Positions 47,226 through 59,854 of a stretch of DNA of 64,000 bases are shown one piece after another. The DNA comes from an uncultured delta proteobacterium. Its GTDB lineage: Bacteria > Myxococcota_A > Polyangia > Palsa-1104. A model generated the notes under the pieces. The model was not told the origin of the DNA, did no database searches, and was given only the letters and a program-made list of their open reading frames with translations. Both the position numbers and the translations under genes were made by a program. Within the stretch, counting starts at the first letter, position 1. Each line of letters begins with the position of its first letter. The stretch is taken from contig CAWAWS010000026.1 of NCBI GenBank assembly GCA_963785725.1, positions 64,001-128,000 on the forward strand, in the 5' to 3' direction.

Positions 47226-50165
47226 GTGGCTGGCATACTGGACCGACGGCGGACCGTCAGGCGTGCGCTCGCCGCGGGCGTCGTCCTCGGTGCATTCGCC
47301 GGCGCGCTCGTCGGCATTCTGGAAGCGACGTGGGTGCTCGTCACCGCCGGCGCGTCGTTCGACGGCGACGCCGAGGTGGCGCGTTTTTGTGCCGCCGCCG
47401 TCGGCCTGCTCGTCGGCGCCGGCGCGCTCGCCGGCCTCGCCGAAGCGCTAGCCGCAGCAGCCGTCACCGAAGCCGCGCACCTCGCCGGCGAGCACAAGCG
47501 CGACACCGCGCTGTGGCAGGCGCGGCTGTACACGACGCTCGCCGTCGTGCCGGTGGCGCTCTTGTGCGCGCAGATCTTCAACGGCCCACGCGCCCGCACC
47601 ATCGCGCATCACGACGTCTATGCGATCGTCATCGGCGTCGTCATGCTGGCGGGGCTGTGGCTGGTGGTGCGGCTGTGGCAGCGGCTCTATCGCGACACCA
47701 TGCCGCCTTCGACGGCCTGGTCCTTCGTCGTCATCGCGGCCGTGGCGACCTACGGGCTCTATCGCGTCGACCAGCAGGTGCTGGTGCGGCTCTATCCGTT
47801 CTTTCACCTGGCGCTAGCCGTGCTGGTGTTCGTGGGCGCGCAGGTCGTCGTCGCGCTGGCGCATCTGGGCGCGCGGCGACGGACGGTGCGGCTGCTTCGC
47901 CCGCGCGCGGCCCTGGCCATCGGCTGCCTGGCGCTGACGGCGGGCGCGCTGTCGCTGGCGCTGGTCGGCAAGACGCGCGCGCTGCGGGCCGTGCTGGTCG
48001 AGCGCGCCGTCGTGGCGTCGCCGATCGTGCGCGCGTTCGCGCACGCCGAGGCGCCCGCGCCGGTCGCGACGACGAGCGTGACCGACGAGGCGCCGGCCTT
48101 GCCCGAGGGTCCGCAGCTGCCGGCCGGCGACGTCGTCCTCATCACCGTCGACGCCATGCGCGCCGATCGGGTGACGCCGCGGACGGCGCCGTTCCTGTCG
48201 TCGCTGGCGGCGACCGGCGTCGTCTTCGAGCGCGCCTACACGCAAGTGCCGCACACGTCGTTCAGCCTGGCGACGCTGCTCACGGGCAAGTTCGTGTTCG
48301 CGCTCTCGACGCTGGGGCTCGACTCGGCCGCGCACGAGACGCTGCCCGAGGTCCTGCGCCGCGAGCGCTACAAGACGGCCGCGTTCTTCCCGCCGTCGGT
48401 GTTCACGATCGATCGCGAGCGGCTGAAGTCGATGGAGGACGCGCATTACGGCTTCGAGTACGTCAAATACGAGCACATGGACGCGCCCGGTCGCACCGAT
48501 CAGGTCATCCACTTCTACGACACGGTGAAGCCGGAGCGCGCGTTCGTCTGGATCCACTATTTCGAGCCGCACGAGCCCTACGACTTGCATCCGGGCCCGT
48601 TCGCGCAGGCGCACGAGGCGGTCGATCGCTACGACGGCGAGGTCCGCTTCGTCGACGACGAGCTCGCGCGCCTGGTCGGCTACTTGAAGCAGACGCGACC
48701 GCACGCCCTCGTCATCGTCGCCGCCGATCACGGCGAGGAGTTCGGCGAGCACGGCGGGCGCTATCACGGCACGACGCTGTACGAAGAGCAGGAGCACGTG
48801 CCGCTCATCTTCGCTACCGTCGACGGGCAGGGCTTGGTGCCGCACCATGTCGCCGCGCCGGTCGGGCTCGTCGACGTCGCGCCCACGATCTTGGCGCTGG
48901 CGGGGATTTTGCCGTCGGCGAAGATGCGCGGGCGCGACTTGGGGCCGTGGCTGCTGCCGCCCGACAAGATGGCGCCGGTCAACGCGCACGGCCCGGTGTT
49001 CGCCGAGATCGGTCAGCAAAAGATGATCGTCGACGGTCAGCACAAGCTCATCTGCGACTTGGCGACCGACGCCTGCAACGCCTTCGATTTGGCGGCCGAT
49101 CCGGGCGAGCGGCACAATCGCATCGACGAGCCGTTCGCCGCCGACCTGCGCCGCAAGCTCGACGGCTGGATGGCGGCCGAGTCGCGCTTCGAGAGCGGCG
49201 CCGGCACGAGCGGCGACGCGCGCACCCGCCGCATCATCGAGCGGGCGCGGCTCGGCGACAAGACGGCGGCGCTCGACCTCGTGCCGCTGGCGGGCGACGC
49301 GACGCTGGCGCCGGAGCTGGCGCGCTTGTGGGCCGCGCTGCCGCCCAATCCGTCGACGCGCGAGACGCTGGCGCGCCTGGCGCTCGACGCGACCTCGTCG
49401 GCGCCGGCGCGCGAGTGGAGCGACGTCGCGCTGGCGCGGCTCGGCGACACCGCCGCGCGCGATCGTCTGCCGGCGCGCCTCGAGCGCGCCTGCGCCGACG
49501 GCGTCAGCGGCGACTTCTGCGCCCGCGCCGCCTTGGCCGACGGCGAGACGCGCTGGCTCGCGCGCGCGCTCGAGCGCGGCGACGCCGACGAGGCCGTGCA
49601 GATCGAGCTGACCCGCGCGCTCGGCCGCAGCCACGACCCGGCGGCGCTCGATCCGCTGATGCTGCAGCTGGCCAACGTGCGCACGCGCGTCGAGACCATC
49701 GCGGCCTTGGCGCAGCTCGATGACGCGCGCACCTTGCCGACGCTGCTCGAGTGGGTCGGCGCCGAGCCCTACGTGACGGCGCGGGCGCGGATGGTCGCGC
49801 TCGTCGCGCAGCTCGGCCGCCACGACGTGCCGGCGACGCGCGCCGCGCTGGCGCAGCTGGCGGCGACCGAGCGCGAGCCGCCGGTGATGGCCGCGCTCTT
49901 GCCCGCCTTGCACGCGCTCGGCGACCGCGGCGTCGTCGACTTGGCGGCCCACAATCCGCCGCTGCGCGCGCTGTCCGGCGGGGAATTGTGGCTCGCCGGC
50001 AGCGGCACCGGCTCGGTCGACGTCACCATCGGATCGGCGGCGCAGCGCGTCCAGCTCGTCGACGGCATCGCCCGCGCGGCCACCGCTCGCGCCGGCAGCG
50101 CGCGCCTGCGCGTCATCGACGGCGACGCGCGCCCGCAGCTCGGCTTCAGCCGCCCGGCGCCTTAG
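47226..50165 (+). CDS. Membrane-anchored sulfatase-like (alkaline phosphatase superfamily) enzyme with C-terminal HEAT-like repeats
   Basis: About 7 TM helices; LITVDAMRAD, VPHTSFSLATLLTG, HYFEPHEPY, YDGEVRFVD, ADHGEEFGEHG; helical ALG repeats at the C-terminus. Confidence 0.82.
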   Translation: MAGILDRRRTVRRALAAGVVLGAFAGALVGILEATWVLVTAGASFDGDAEVARFCAAAVGLLVGAGALAGLAEALAAAAVTEAAHLAGEHKRDTALWQARLYTTLAVVPVALLCAQIFNGPRARTIAHHDVYAIVIGVVMLAGLWLVVRLWQRLYRDTMPPSTAWSFVVIAAVATYGLYRVDQQVLVRLYPFFHLALAVLVFVGAQVVVALAHLGARRRTVRLLRPRAALAIGCLALTAGALSLALVGKTRALRAVLVERAVVASPIVRAFAHAEAPAPVATTSVTDEAPALPEGPQLPAGDVVLITVDAMRADRVTPRTAPFLSSLAATGVVFERAYTQVPHTSFSLATLLTGKFVFALSTLGLDSAAHETLPEVLRRERYKTAAFFPPSVFTIDRERLKSMEDAHYGFEYVKYEHMDAPGRTDQVIHFYDTVKPERAFVWIHYFEPHEPYDLHPGPFAQAHEAVDRYDGEVRFVDDELARLVGYLKQTRPHALVIVAADHGEEFGEHGGRYHGTTLYEEQEHVPLIFATVDGQGLVPHHVAAPVGLVDVAPTILALAGILPSAKMRGRDLGPWLLPPDKMAPVNAHGPVFAEIGQQKMIVDGQHKLICDLATDACNAFDLAADPGERHNRIDEPFAADLRRKLDGWMAAESRFESGAGTSGDARTRRIIERARLGDKTAALDLVPLAGDATLAPELARLWAALPPNPSTRETLARLALDATSSAPAREWSDVALARLGDTAARDRLPARLERACADGVSGDFCARAALADGETRWLARALERGDADEAVQIELTRALGRSHDPAALDPLMLQLANVRTRVETIAALAQLDDARTLPTLLEWVGAEPYVTARARMVALVAQLGRHDVPATRAALAQLAATEREPPVMAALLPALHALGDRGVVDLAAHNPPLRALSGGELWLAGSGTGSVDVTIGSAAQRVQLVDGIARAATARAGSARLRVIDGDARPQLGFSRPAP

Positions 50166-50502
50166 GTCCGACCGCGCCCGCGATCCACGCCAGATAGGGC
50201 GCATGACCGGCCACGATCGGCAGCGCGATCACCTCCGGCAGCTCATACGGATGCAGCTCGAGGACGCGCGCCCGCAGCCGCTCGAAGCCATCGCGCGTCG
50301 TCTTCATCAGGCACAGCTGCTCGCGATCGTGCTCGACGCGGCCTTGCCAACGATAGGTCGACGTCACCTCTGGCAGCACATTGACACACGCCGCCAGCGC
50401 TTCGCCCACCAGCGTCTCGGCCAGCCGCGCCGCCACTTCCGCGTTCGGCACGGTCACCAGCACCACGATCGCGTCGCTCGCCTCGGCAGTCGTCACCGGC
50501 AT
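50146..50502 (-). CDS. cutA: Divalent-cation tolerance protein
   Basis: LAACVNVLP, STYRWQG, LMKT, HPYELPEVIALP, YLAWI. Confidence 0.92.
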   Translation of the reverse strand: MPVTTAEASDAIVVLVTVPNAEVAARLAETLVGEALAACVNVLPEVTSTYRWQGRVEHDREQLCLMKTTRDGFERLRARVLELHPYELPEVIALPIVAGHAPYLAWIAGAVGPKAPGG

Positions 50503-50540
50503 ATCTTGACGCGCCCGCGGGATCAGGAAAAGATCCAACG

Positions 50541-51311
50541 ATGCGACTATTTTGGGCGTTGGCTGCGCTGACGCTCCTGTGCAGCCTCGCGCGACCGGCC
50601 CTGGCCCTGTCCGAAGAGGACGAGCGCGCCAAGGCGCACTTCTTGGCCGGGCAGTCTTATTACGATCAGGCCAGCTACGCCGACGCGCTCAAAGAGTTCA
50701 ACGAAGCCTATCGTCTGTCGAAGAAGCCGGCGCTGCTCTACAACATCGCCCGCTGCTTCGAAGGCTTGGGGCAGCTCGGCGACGCGGTGAGCATGCTCGA
50801 GCGCTACTTGACCGACGAGCCGGATACGTCGGATCGCACGTCGATCGAGGAGCGCATTCGCAACCTGAAGGAGCGCCAAAAGCGCGCCGCCGAAGCCGCC
50901 GCGCCGCCGCCGCCCGCGCCGCCGAAGGTCGCGGAGGCGCCCGCGCCGCCGCCGCCGCCGCCGCCGGTCAGCGACCACGCGCCACGCCACCGTCGCTGGA
51001 CCTATATCGTCGGCGGCGCCGGCATCGCCATCTTGGGCGGCGCGCTCGGCACCGGCCTCGCCAGCCAGCTCGACTACAACAGCTTGCACGACGACTGCCC
51101 AAACAAGACCTGCGCCGGCGTCGCCAACGCCCAGTCGCGCATCGACAGCGGCAAGCAGCTCAGCCTCGCCACCGACGTCTTATGGCCGGTCGGCGCCGCC
51201 GCCGTCGCCACCGGCATCGTCCTCTTCTTCGTCGAAGGTCGGCATGCACACGTCCACGCGACCTTGGCGCCGTTTCATACCGGAGGTCCACTGCATGCGT
51301 CTACTTGGTAG
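50541..51311 (+). CDS. Secreted/membrane TPR protein
   Basis: Signal peptide, AKAHFLAGQSYY...LLYNIARC TPRs, Pro-rich linker, C-terminal hydrophobic hairpin with CxxxxC. Confidence 0.78.
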   Translation: MRLFWALAALTLLCSLARPALALSEEDERAKAHFLAGQSYYDQASYADALKEFNEAYRLSKKPALLYNIARCFEGLGQLGDAVSMLERYLTDEPDTSDRTSIEERIRNLKERQKRAAEAAAPPPPAPPKVAEAPAPPPPPPPVSDHAPRHRRWTYIVGGAGIAILGGALGTGLASQLDYNSLHDDCPNKTCAGVANAQSRIDSGKQLSLATDVLWPVGAAAVATGIVLFFVEGRHAHVHATLAPFHTGGPLHASTW

Positions 51312-52558
51312 CCTTGTCTTATTGACGCTGGGCGGCTGCACCGCCATCGACAACTTCGGCCAATTCAAGATCGGCAGCAGCACCAGCAACGACGATCTCG
51401 GCAGCGCCTGCACCGGCGGCTGCACCTGCATCCCCGCCGACACGACGCTCGGCATCCCTGCGCACTGCGCCTTCGCCCCGTCGAACAGCCTGACCTGCGC
51501 CGGCCACGACGCCGACACGCTCACGCTCAACGGCGCCTACACCATCGTCACCGGCGATCCTGCCGTCACCACGACGCCGCCGCGTATGACCGGCCCCGGC
51601 ATCAGCATCGCCGGCTCCGTCGACGGCAACGTCGCCACCTTCTGCATCGGCTCCTTGGTCACCACCGGCTCGTCGACGATCGCCATCACCGGCCATCGCC
51701 CGCTCGCCATCTTGGCCGACTCCAACATCCAATTCAGCGGCACCATCACGCTCGGCGGTGTCTACGCCATCGACGAGAACGGCACCGCCGGCGGTCCCGG
51801 CGGCACGCCCGGCGGCGACCAAGCCACCGACGGCACCGGCACCAGCGCCGGCAAAGGCGGCAGCACCGGCAGCGCCACCATGGGCACCGGCGGCGGCTCG
51901 GGCGGCTCGCGGCGCCGGCGGCGCGATCGCCGGCGGCCTCGGCGGCTCGTCGACGAACGGCATGACCACCGCCGGCGGCCCCGCCATCGGCAGCGGCAAC
52001 AACCCCAGCGGCTACGGCGGTGGCGGCGGCGGCGCCGGGCAGAACGGGGCCAAAGGCGGCGGCGGCGGTGGCGGCGGCGGCGTCTTGCAGCTCACCGCCG
52101 GCTACCTCTTGTCGATCGCCGGCGGCGTCGACGCGTCGGGCGGCGGCGGCGCCGGCGGCGGCCCAGCGGCGATGGGCGCCGGCGGTGGCGGCGGCGGCGG
52201 CTCGGGCGGCTCGCTCTTCCTCGAAGGCCCGACGGTGATGGTGTCGAGCTCGAGCTGCCTGTCGGTCGTCGGCGGTCCCGGCGGCGGTGGTGGCGGCCCG
52301 CTCGTGCGCGGCGGCGACGCCAAGGCCGGCAGCGGCTGCGGCTTCGCGGGAACCAGCGGCGCGGGCGGCGGGAATGGCGGCGGCGCCGGCGCGCAGCCGC
52401 AGAGCGGCAACAACAACGGCGGCAACGCCACGGCGGTCGGCGGCGGCGGCGGCGGCCTCGGCGGCTACGGCCACGTCGTCATCCGCACGCACAGCCCGCC
52501 GACCGCGGCCGCGAGCGGCGCCGTGCCCGCGGCGGCCTACACCGCGATGGCGCTCTGA
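51295..52558 (+). CDS. Glycine-rich lipoprotein (frameshift near 51910)
   Basis: MRLLGSLVLLTLGGC lipobox, Cys-containing N-domain, then GGGGG...GGVLQL / GGSGGSLFL / GGYGHVVI motifs in ORF 51758..52558. Confidence 0.75.
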
Positions 52559-52564
52559 CGCTCC

Positions 52565-52593
52565 TTGACGCAGTGCGCTTAGCTCGTTACGGT
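52565..52593 (+). promoter_or_regulatory. Sigma70-type promoter of aspartate kinase
   Basis: TTGACG-17 nt-TACGGT, 8 nt before ATG 52602, with no SD sequence. Confidence 0.65.
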
Positions 52594-52601
52594 CTCATTC
52601 C

Positions 52602-53831
<1,230 letters not shown>

Positions 53832-53883
53832 TTTTTCTTCGCGTTCGCTAGCAACTTTATTTTCGCTGCGCCGATGACTGGTC

Positions 53884-54330
53884 ATGTTCACCTTCATCGG
53901 GGGCGATCTGCTTCGCTTACTGCTGCTGGGTTTTGCGTTGGCGTTGACGGCGCGCGCGCTGCGACCGGCGGCGACGCTCGGCCGCGCCGGCCCGGTGGCG
54001 CCGTGTGAGGTGCCGATCGAAGTCGTCGGTGTCGGTGTGCGCTGCTTGTCACGCGCCGAGGCGGCGTCGCGCGGCGTCACGGCCGGCGCGGGCATGCCCG
54101 CCGATCGCTGGGCCGCGTGGGCCGTGCCCGTCGATGTCAACCGCGCCAGCGTCGCCGAATTGGCCTCACTCGACGGCATCGGGCCCAAGCTGGCGGCGCG
54201 CATCGTCGCGGCGCGGCCGTTCGTCCGCGTCGACGACGTGGCCCGCGTCGCCGGTGTAGGCCAGCGACGACTGGCACGGCTGCGCCCGAGACTCGTCCTC
54301 GACGATGGCGGGGCTGATCACGTAAGATAG
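53884..54330 (+). CDS. ComEA-like helix-hairpin-helix DNA-binding protein
   Basis: N-terminal TM; VDVNRASVAELASLDGIGPKLAARIV...PF..VDDVARVAGVG. Confidence 0.82.
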   Translation: MFTFIGGDLLRLLLLGFALALTARALRPAATLGRAGPVAPCEVPIEVVGVGVRCLSRAEAASRGVTAGAGMPADRWAAWAVPVDVNRASVAELASLDGIGPKLAARIVAARPFVRVDDVARVAGVGQRRLARLRPRLVLDDGGADHVR

Positions 54331-54343
54331 ATCGAGGCAAATC

Positions 54344-57300
54344 ATGGCCGAAGACATCGAGAGGCTGCGCCAGGCGGCGCTGAAGGATCCGTCGCAGCTG
54401 GTGAAGCTGGCCGACGCGCTGGTGGCGCACGATCGCGCCGACGAGGCCGTGCAGACTTGTCGCCGCGGTCTCATGTCGCGGCCGGAGGATATTCCGCTCC
54501 GGCTCGCGCTCGGTCGCGCCCTGTCGGCGACCGGCGAGCTCGAGGAGGCGCAGGCGGCGCTGCTCGACGCCGTCTCGCGTCAACAGAAGGCCAAGGCCGA
54601 CAGCGGTCGCGTCGCGCCGTCCGCTCCGTCGATGGGCGTGCCGGCGCAGCGTCGCCAGCCGATGGAGGCGACGGCGCGCAGCTTGCCCAGCTTCGACCCC
54701 GAAGCCGACGACGAGCCGGCGACGACGGCGCAGAATCGGCCGGCCAAGCTGCAGGAGCTGCGCGGTCGCGGCGCCGAGGCGCAGTCGCGGCGTCTCGAGG
54801 ACGCGACGCCGCTGCCGCCGCGCGTCGACGCGCCGCGCCCGTCGACGCGCCGTCGTGACGAGGTCAACGACGAGCCCGCGCGACGCTCGGCGCGCGAGGA
54901 GCCGCTGCCGCCGCGCGAGGAATACGTGCCGTCGCGAGCGGACGCCCGCGACGTGGCCGCACGGCCGCCGAGCGGTCGGCGTCCGCTGCCGCGGCCGGCC
55001 CCGAACGGCAATGGCAACATCGATCTCGACGCCGTCGCCGACACGCTGTTCGGCGGCGCGCAGCGACGAAGACAGCGACGCCGCCCGCTGGCAGGCCGAA
55101 GTCGACGCGCCGATCGAGCCCGATCCGATGGCGCACGCCTGGGATGCGCGTCGCGCGCGCACGTTCGTGTGGCTCTGGGTCTCGCTGGTGCTGGTTTCCG
55201 GCGGCATCGTCGGCGGCTGGATCTGGCGCGCCAAAGAGAAGACGAAGATGCTCGAGGCGACCGTGGCCCGCGCCGACGCGCGCTCGTTCGAGGCCAGCGA
55301 CGAGTCGGACTTGGCGGCGCGCGAGAATTACGCCGTCGCGCTGCGTGCCGAGCCGCGGCTGCGGAAATATTTCGCGATGGTGGCGCTGGCCGACGCGCGC
55401 CTGGCCGCCGAGCAGGGCGAAGACAGCGACGCCGCCGGCTGGGCCATGCTCAAGCGCGCCGAGCGCGAGAACAAGCTGCATCCGGGGCCGGACGCGCGCG
55501 CCGACCGCGAGCAGCGCCAAGCGCGGGCGCTGTTGGCGTTGGCGCGCGGCGAGGCGTGCCCCGACGACGTCAACCCGGCCGAAGACGGCAACGTCGCCGC
55601 GCGCTGCGCGCTGCAAAAGGGCGACATCGACGGTGCGCGCAAGATCTTGGCGCAGACGGTCTCGGCCAACGGCGAAGCGCAGAGCGTGCGCGCGTTGCTG
55701 ACGCTGGGCTCGCTCGAGCTGGGCGTCGGCGATTTGGATGCCGCGCAGTCGGCCTACGCCAAGGTGTTGACGCTCTATCCGCATCATCCGCGGGCGCTCG
55801 TCGGACGGTCGCTCATCGCGCTCGAACGCAACGAGTCGCCGCCGATCGAGATTCCGCCCGGCCGCTTGGGGCCGACGACCGACGGCTGGTTTCATCTCGC
55901 CGCCGGCCTCAGCGCCATGGGTCGTAGCGCGCCCGAAGCGCAAGTGAAGTTCGAGCTCGACAGCGCCCGCAAAGGCATCGTCCACGACGGGCGATTGGCG
56001 CTCTTGTACGGCCGCGCGCGCCTGACCCAAGGCGAAGTGGGCGAGGCCGAAGAGGCGATGCGCGTCGCCGAGCGGCTCGACCCCAACGATAGCGACGTGG
56101 CCGTGCTCGACGCCGAAGTGGCGCTCGCCAAAGGCTTCGAGGACAAAGTCTCGTCGGCGCTGGCGGCGCGACCGCCGACGCCGCGCAGCTTGGCCGTGCT
56201 CGGCCGGGCGCAGTGCTTGACCGGTCGCTATCGCGAGGCCGCGGCGACGCTGGACGCCGCGTTGGCGCGTCGGCCGGGCGACGCCGTGGCCGTGACCTAT
56301 CGTGCCATCGCCCGCGCACACCTCGGCGACGCGGCCGGCGCCATTCGCGAGCTCGAGAAAGCGGCGACGACGCTCTCGTCGACCGCGCCGCACTACGGAC
56401 TCGGCCTGCTCGCGTACGAGCGGCACGATCTGTTGCGCGCGCGCGGTGAGCTCGGCAAAGCGCTCGAGCACAACTCGGAGTCGTTCCGCGCTCGCGCGCT
56501 CTTGGGCCGCGTGCTGCGCGATCTCGGCAAGCCGCGCGAGGCGTTGGCCGAGCTCGACGTCGTTCTACGACAGGCGCCGGCGCTCATGTCGGCGCACGCG
56601 GCGCGCGCCCGGCTCTATCTCGACCTCGGTCGGCTGCGCGAGGCGCGCACCGACGCGCGCAGCGTCATCGACTCCGGCCGCGCCACCGCCGACGACAAGC
56701 TCGCCTATGCCGAAGCCACCATCCGCCTCGGTCACGCCGACGAAGGCGAGCGCGCGCTCAAGGACGCGCTCGACGCGGGCGCGTTGGCGTCGCGCACGGC
56801 GCGTTTGCGGCTGGTCTTGCAGTCGTGGCGCGGTCCGAAAGAGGCGCTGTTGGCGGCAAAGGCGATGGAGAAGGAGCGTCACGGCCCGGCCGCCGGCGAC
56901 GCGCAGCTGGCCATCGACGCCGCCGACGCTTGGCGTCGCGGCGGCGATCTGCGGAACGCACAGGCCGACGATCGGGCGGCGCTCTTCGGCGATCCGCTGC
57001 ACGCCAACTTGGGGCTCGGCCGCATCGCGCTCGGCAGCGGTCAACGCGACGAGGCGGAGCAGTCGTTCCGCGCGGCGCTGGCGGCGTGGGACAAAGGCGC
57101 GTTCGCCGTCGACGATCAGACCGAAGCGCGCATCGGCTTGGCGCGCACGCTCTTGCAGCGCGATCCGAAGAGCAAAGAGGCCGTCGCGACGCTCGAGGCC
57201 GCCATCAAGGACGACTTCAGCGACGCCGAGGCGCATTTGTGGCTCGCGCGCGCCTACAACGACGGCGGCAACGGCACGCAGGCGCGCGTTCAGGCCGACA

Positions 57301-57470
57301 AAGCCATCGAGCTCGACGACAGCTACGCCGAGGCCTTCGCGCTCGACGGCGACCTGTGGCGCGGCTCCAGCCGCGACAAGGCGCGCAAAGCCTACAAGCG
57401 CTACCTCGAGCTCAGCCCCAACGGCGAGCAAGCCAAGAACGTCAAGCGTTCGCTGGCGCAGCTCCGCTGA
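54344..57470 (+). CDS. Large bitopic TPR protein (frameshift near 55060)
   Basis: N-terminal TPR, Pro/Arg-rich linker, then in ORF 54855..57470 one TM helix (FVWLWVSLVLVSGGIVGGWIW) and many TPRs ending AYKRYLELSPNG. Confidence 0.8.
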
Positions 57471-57545
57471 CGCCGAGCCCACCACGTTCGCTCGGCCGAC
57501 AACCGTAAACGTTGCTTCGGCTCGTCCGCTGCGTTGGCCGCAGGA

Positions 57546-58229
57546 TCAGGCGACCGGGCGCGGTGCTCGCGGCGCGCGGGACTGCGACGTCGGAAACCGC
57601 CCGAGGTGCCGGCGCCAACGCCAAACGAGCGTCAGCTCGACCGCGATGATGACGAAGTACCAACGCGACACGCCATCGCTGATGCCGATCGGAATGCGGG
57701 CGCTCAGCGCGTTCCAGGCGACCAAGCTCGACCAGCCGATGAGCCCGCCGACGACGTAGCGCCAGATCAGCCGCAGCGCGACGGCGCGGCGGAGCGCCCG
57801 GAAAGCAACGACGAGCGGCGGTAGGGCGATGACGAGCAACAAGCCCGCTTCGATGACCCAAGCGGCGGCGCCCGGCGGTAGCAGCCGCTGCCGCAGCGCG
57901 CGCTCGTCGCCCGTGAACAGCGACGACAGGAGCCGCGACCAGGTGAGCTGCGCGAATATCACCGCCACGCCGAACGCGTGACGGCCCTGCGCGACGATCG
58001 CGACGCCGAGCCACGCCAGTCCGTACGTCAACAGCGGGCCCGCCGCGGTGACGATGGCCGTCTTCGGTCCCGCACAGCCCGGTGCGAGCGAGAAGACCCA
58101 GAAGGTCACTTCGCCCCAGTCGCCGCAGACGATTCGGCCGACCAGATGATGAAACAGCTCGTGCGCGTGGCTCGACAAATCCGCGAGCAACACGAAGCCG
58201 AGCCAATAGCGCCAGTCGAAGTCGCGCAC
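57546..58229 (-). CDS. Membrane protein with HExxH motif (M50-like metalloprotease)
   Basis: AHELFHHLVG in the first TM, AAGP motif, about 6 TM helices. Confidence 0.65.
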   Translation of the reverse strand: MRDFDWRYWLGFVLLADLSSHAHELFHHLVGRIVCGDWGEVTFWVFSLAPGCAGPKTAIVTAAGPLLTYGLAWLGVAIVAQGRHAFGVAVIFAQLTWSRLLSSLFTGDERALRQRLLPPGAAAWVIEAGLLLVIALPPLVVAFRALRRAVALRLIWRYVVGGLIGWSSLVAWNALSARIPIGISDGVSRWYFVIIAVELTLVWRWRRHLGRFPTSQSRAPRAPRPVA

Positions 58230-58374
58230 GCTCGCAGCAGGCTAGCGGATCGGCGTCGCCCGCACGGTGGCCGCAGTCACGTCGCGACAGAATGAGCGCG
58301 AGCGCGCGTCGCTGACCGGGCCGGCGCGAAGGTACTTCAAGTAATACGTCAGCAGTGGCGGTGAAGCTGTTGGA

Positions 58375-58971
58375 TTAGCGGCGATCTTTGGCGACGACGT
58401 ACTGCTCGATCGATTCCTTCCGCGAGCCCGCCGGCTTGACCGTCTTGACCTCGCGGAACCCCTCGCGCGCCCGCAGAATCAGCCGCTGCCAATCGGGCCC
58501 TTGGAAGAGCTTGCCGACGAAGTGGCCATGCTGCGCCAGCGTCAGCTCCGCTATTTCCAGCGCGCGCTCGAACAGCCCCTCCGAGCGCGCCTGATCGAGC
58601 GACCGCACGCCCGTCGTATCCGGCGCCATGTCCGACAGGACGACGTCGAAGCCATCGAGCGACCCCTTCAGCTCGGCCACGTCGACGGTGAACACGTCGC
58701 CGACGACGATGCGCGAGTTCGGCACCGGCTGATCGAGCGGCGTGCGATCGATGCCGACGAGCGCACCCTCCGGCCCGACCATGCTGCCGGCATACTGCAG
58801 CCACGAGCCGGGCCGACAGCCGAGGTCGAGCACGCGCTGCCCCTTGCGGAGCAGCTTGTGCTTTTGATCAATCTCTTCGAGCTTGAAGACCGAGCGCGCG
58901 ACGAAGCCTTGCTGCTTCGCACGCCGGTGGAAGACGTCGTGTCGGTGGGATTTGTCGCCGAGCTTGGACAT
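58375..58971 (-). CDS. rlmE: 23S rRNA Um2552 2'-O-methyltransferase
   Basis: [45 protein letters not shown] (K-D-K-E tetrad). Confidence 0.93.
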   Translation of the reverse strand: MSKLGDKSHRHDVFHRRAKQQGFVARSVFKLEEIDQKHKLLRKGQRVLDLGCRPGSWLQYAGSMVGPEGALVGIDRTPLDQPVPNSRIVVGDVFTVDVAELKGSLDGFDVVLSDMAPDTTGVRSLDQARSEGLFERALEIAELTLAQHGHFVGKLFQGPDWQRLILRAREGFREVKTVKPAGSRKESIEQYVVAKDRR

Positions 58972-59004
58972 CGACTACGACGGGTCGTGCTGCGCGACGA
59001 AGTG

Positions 59005-59768
59005 CTACTTCTTGGCCGGCTTCGGCTTGGCCGAGCCCGCGCCCGCCTTCGACGCCTTCATCGGGTTCTTCGACTTGACCTCGGCTTCGCCCTGGCCCTT
59101 GAGCTTGACCTTCATCCCCGCCTTCTTCTTGGCGTTGCGGATGACGACGAAGCCGTTGCGGGCGCCCGGGATCGAGCCCTGGATCAACAGGAGATTGTTC
59201 GTCTCGTCGATCTCGAGGAGCACCAGGTTCTGCACCGTCTTCTTGACGTCACCCATGTGACCGCCCATGCGCTTGCCCTTGTGGACGTTGCCGGGGGTCA
59301 AGCGGCAGCCGATCGAGCCGCCGTGACGGAAGAACTCGTGCGTACCGTGCGTGGCGCGGAAGCCGGGCATGTGATGGCGCTTCATGACGCCCTGGAAGCC
59401 CTTGCCCTTCGACACGCCCTCGACGTCGATGTACGAGCAGCGGCGAGAACACCGTCGCCAACGGCGACCTGCTTGCCAATTTCGTACTTGTCGAGATCGG
59501 CCGCCTCGAGACGGACCTCGCGGACGAAGCGCTGCGGCGGGACGCCGGCCTTGGTGAACAGGCCCAGCTCCGGCTTCTTCGTGCGCTTGAGCAGCTTCTC
59601 GCCGAACCCGAGCTTGACGGCGGCGTAGCCGTTGCGATCGGGCGTGATCTTATCGAGGACCACGCACGGACCGGCGTGAACCGCGGTCACCGGCGAACGA
59701 TCGCCCGTGGCGGTGAAGATCGAGGTCATTCCCAGCTTTTTGCCCAACAGACCAGTGCGAAACGGCAT
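59005..59768 (-). CDS. rplC: 50S ribosomal protein L3 (frameshift near 59437)
   Basis: GLLGKKLGMT...GYAAVKLGF...REVR in one frame; IDVEGVSKGKGFQGVMKRH...HGGSIG...KRMGGHMG...GSIPG in another; Lys/Ala-rich tail. Confidence 0.96.
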
Positions 59769-59796
59769 GACTTACGGCTCCCGAAATGAGGGTGGA

Positions 59797-59825
59797 AAGC
59801 TACTTCCCGACCCGTGACTTGTCAA
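59797..59825 (-). promoter_or_regulatory. Sigma70-type promoter of rplC-rlmE
   Basis: Minus strand TTGACA (59825-20), 17 nt, TAGCTT (59802-797); GGGAG RBS before ATG 59768. Confidence 0.72.
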
Positions 59826-59854
59826 CCACTTAGTGAATCCGCGTCCGATACGTT

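Noticed and set aside
51780..52470. Gly-rich GGC repeats as PE-PGRS or a simple-sequence repeat locus
   Set aside because: No PE domain; it is the coding region of a Gly-rich lipoprotein.
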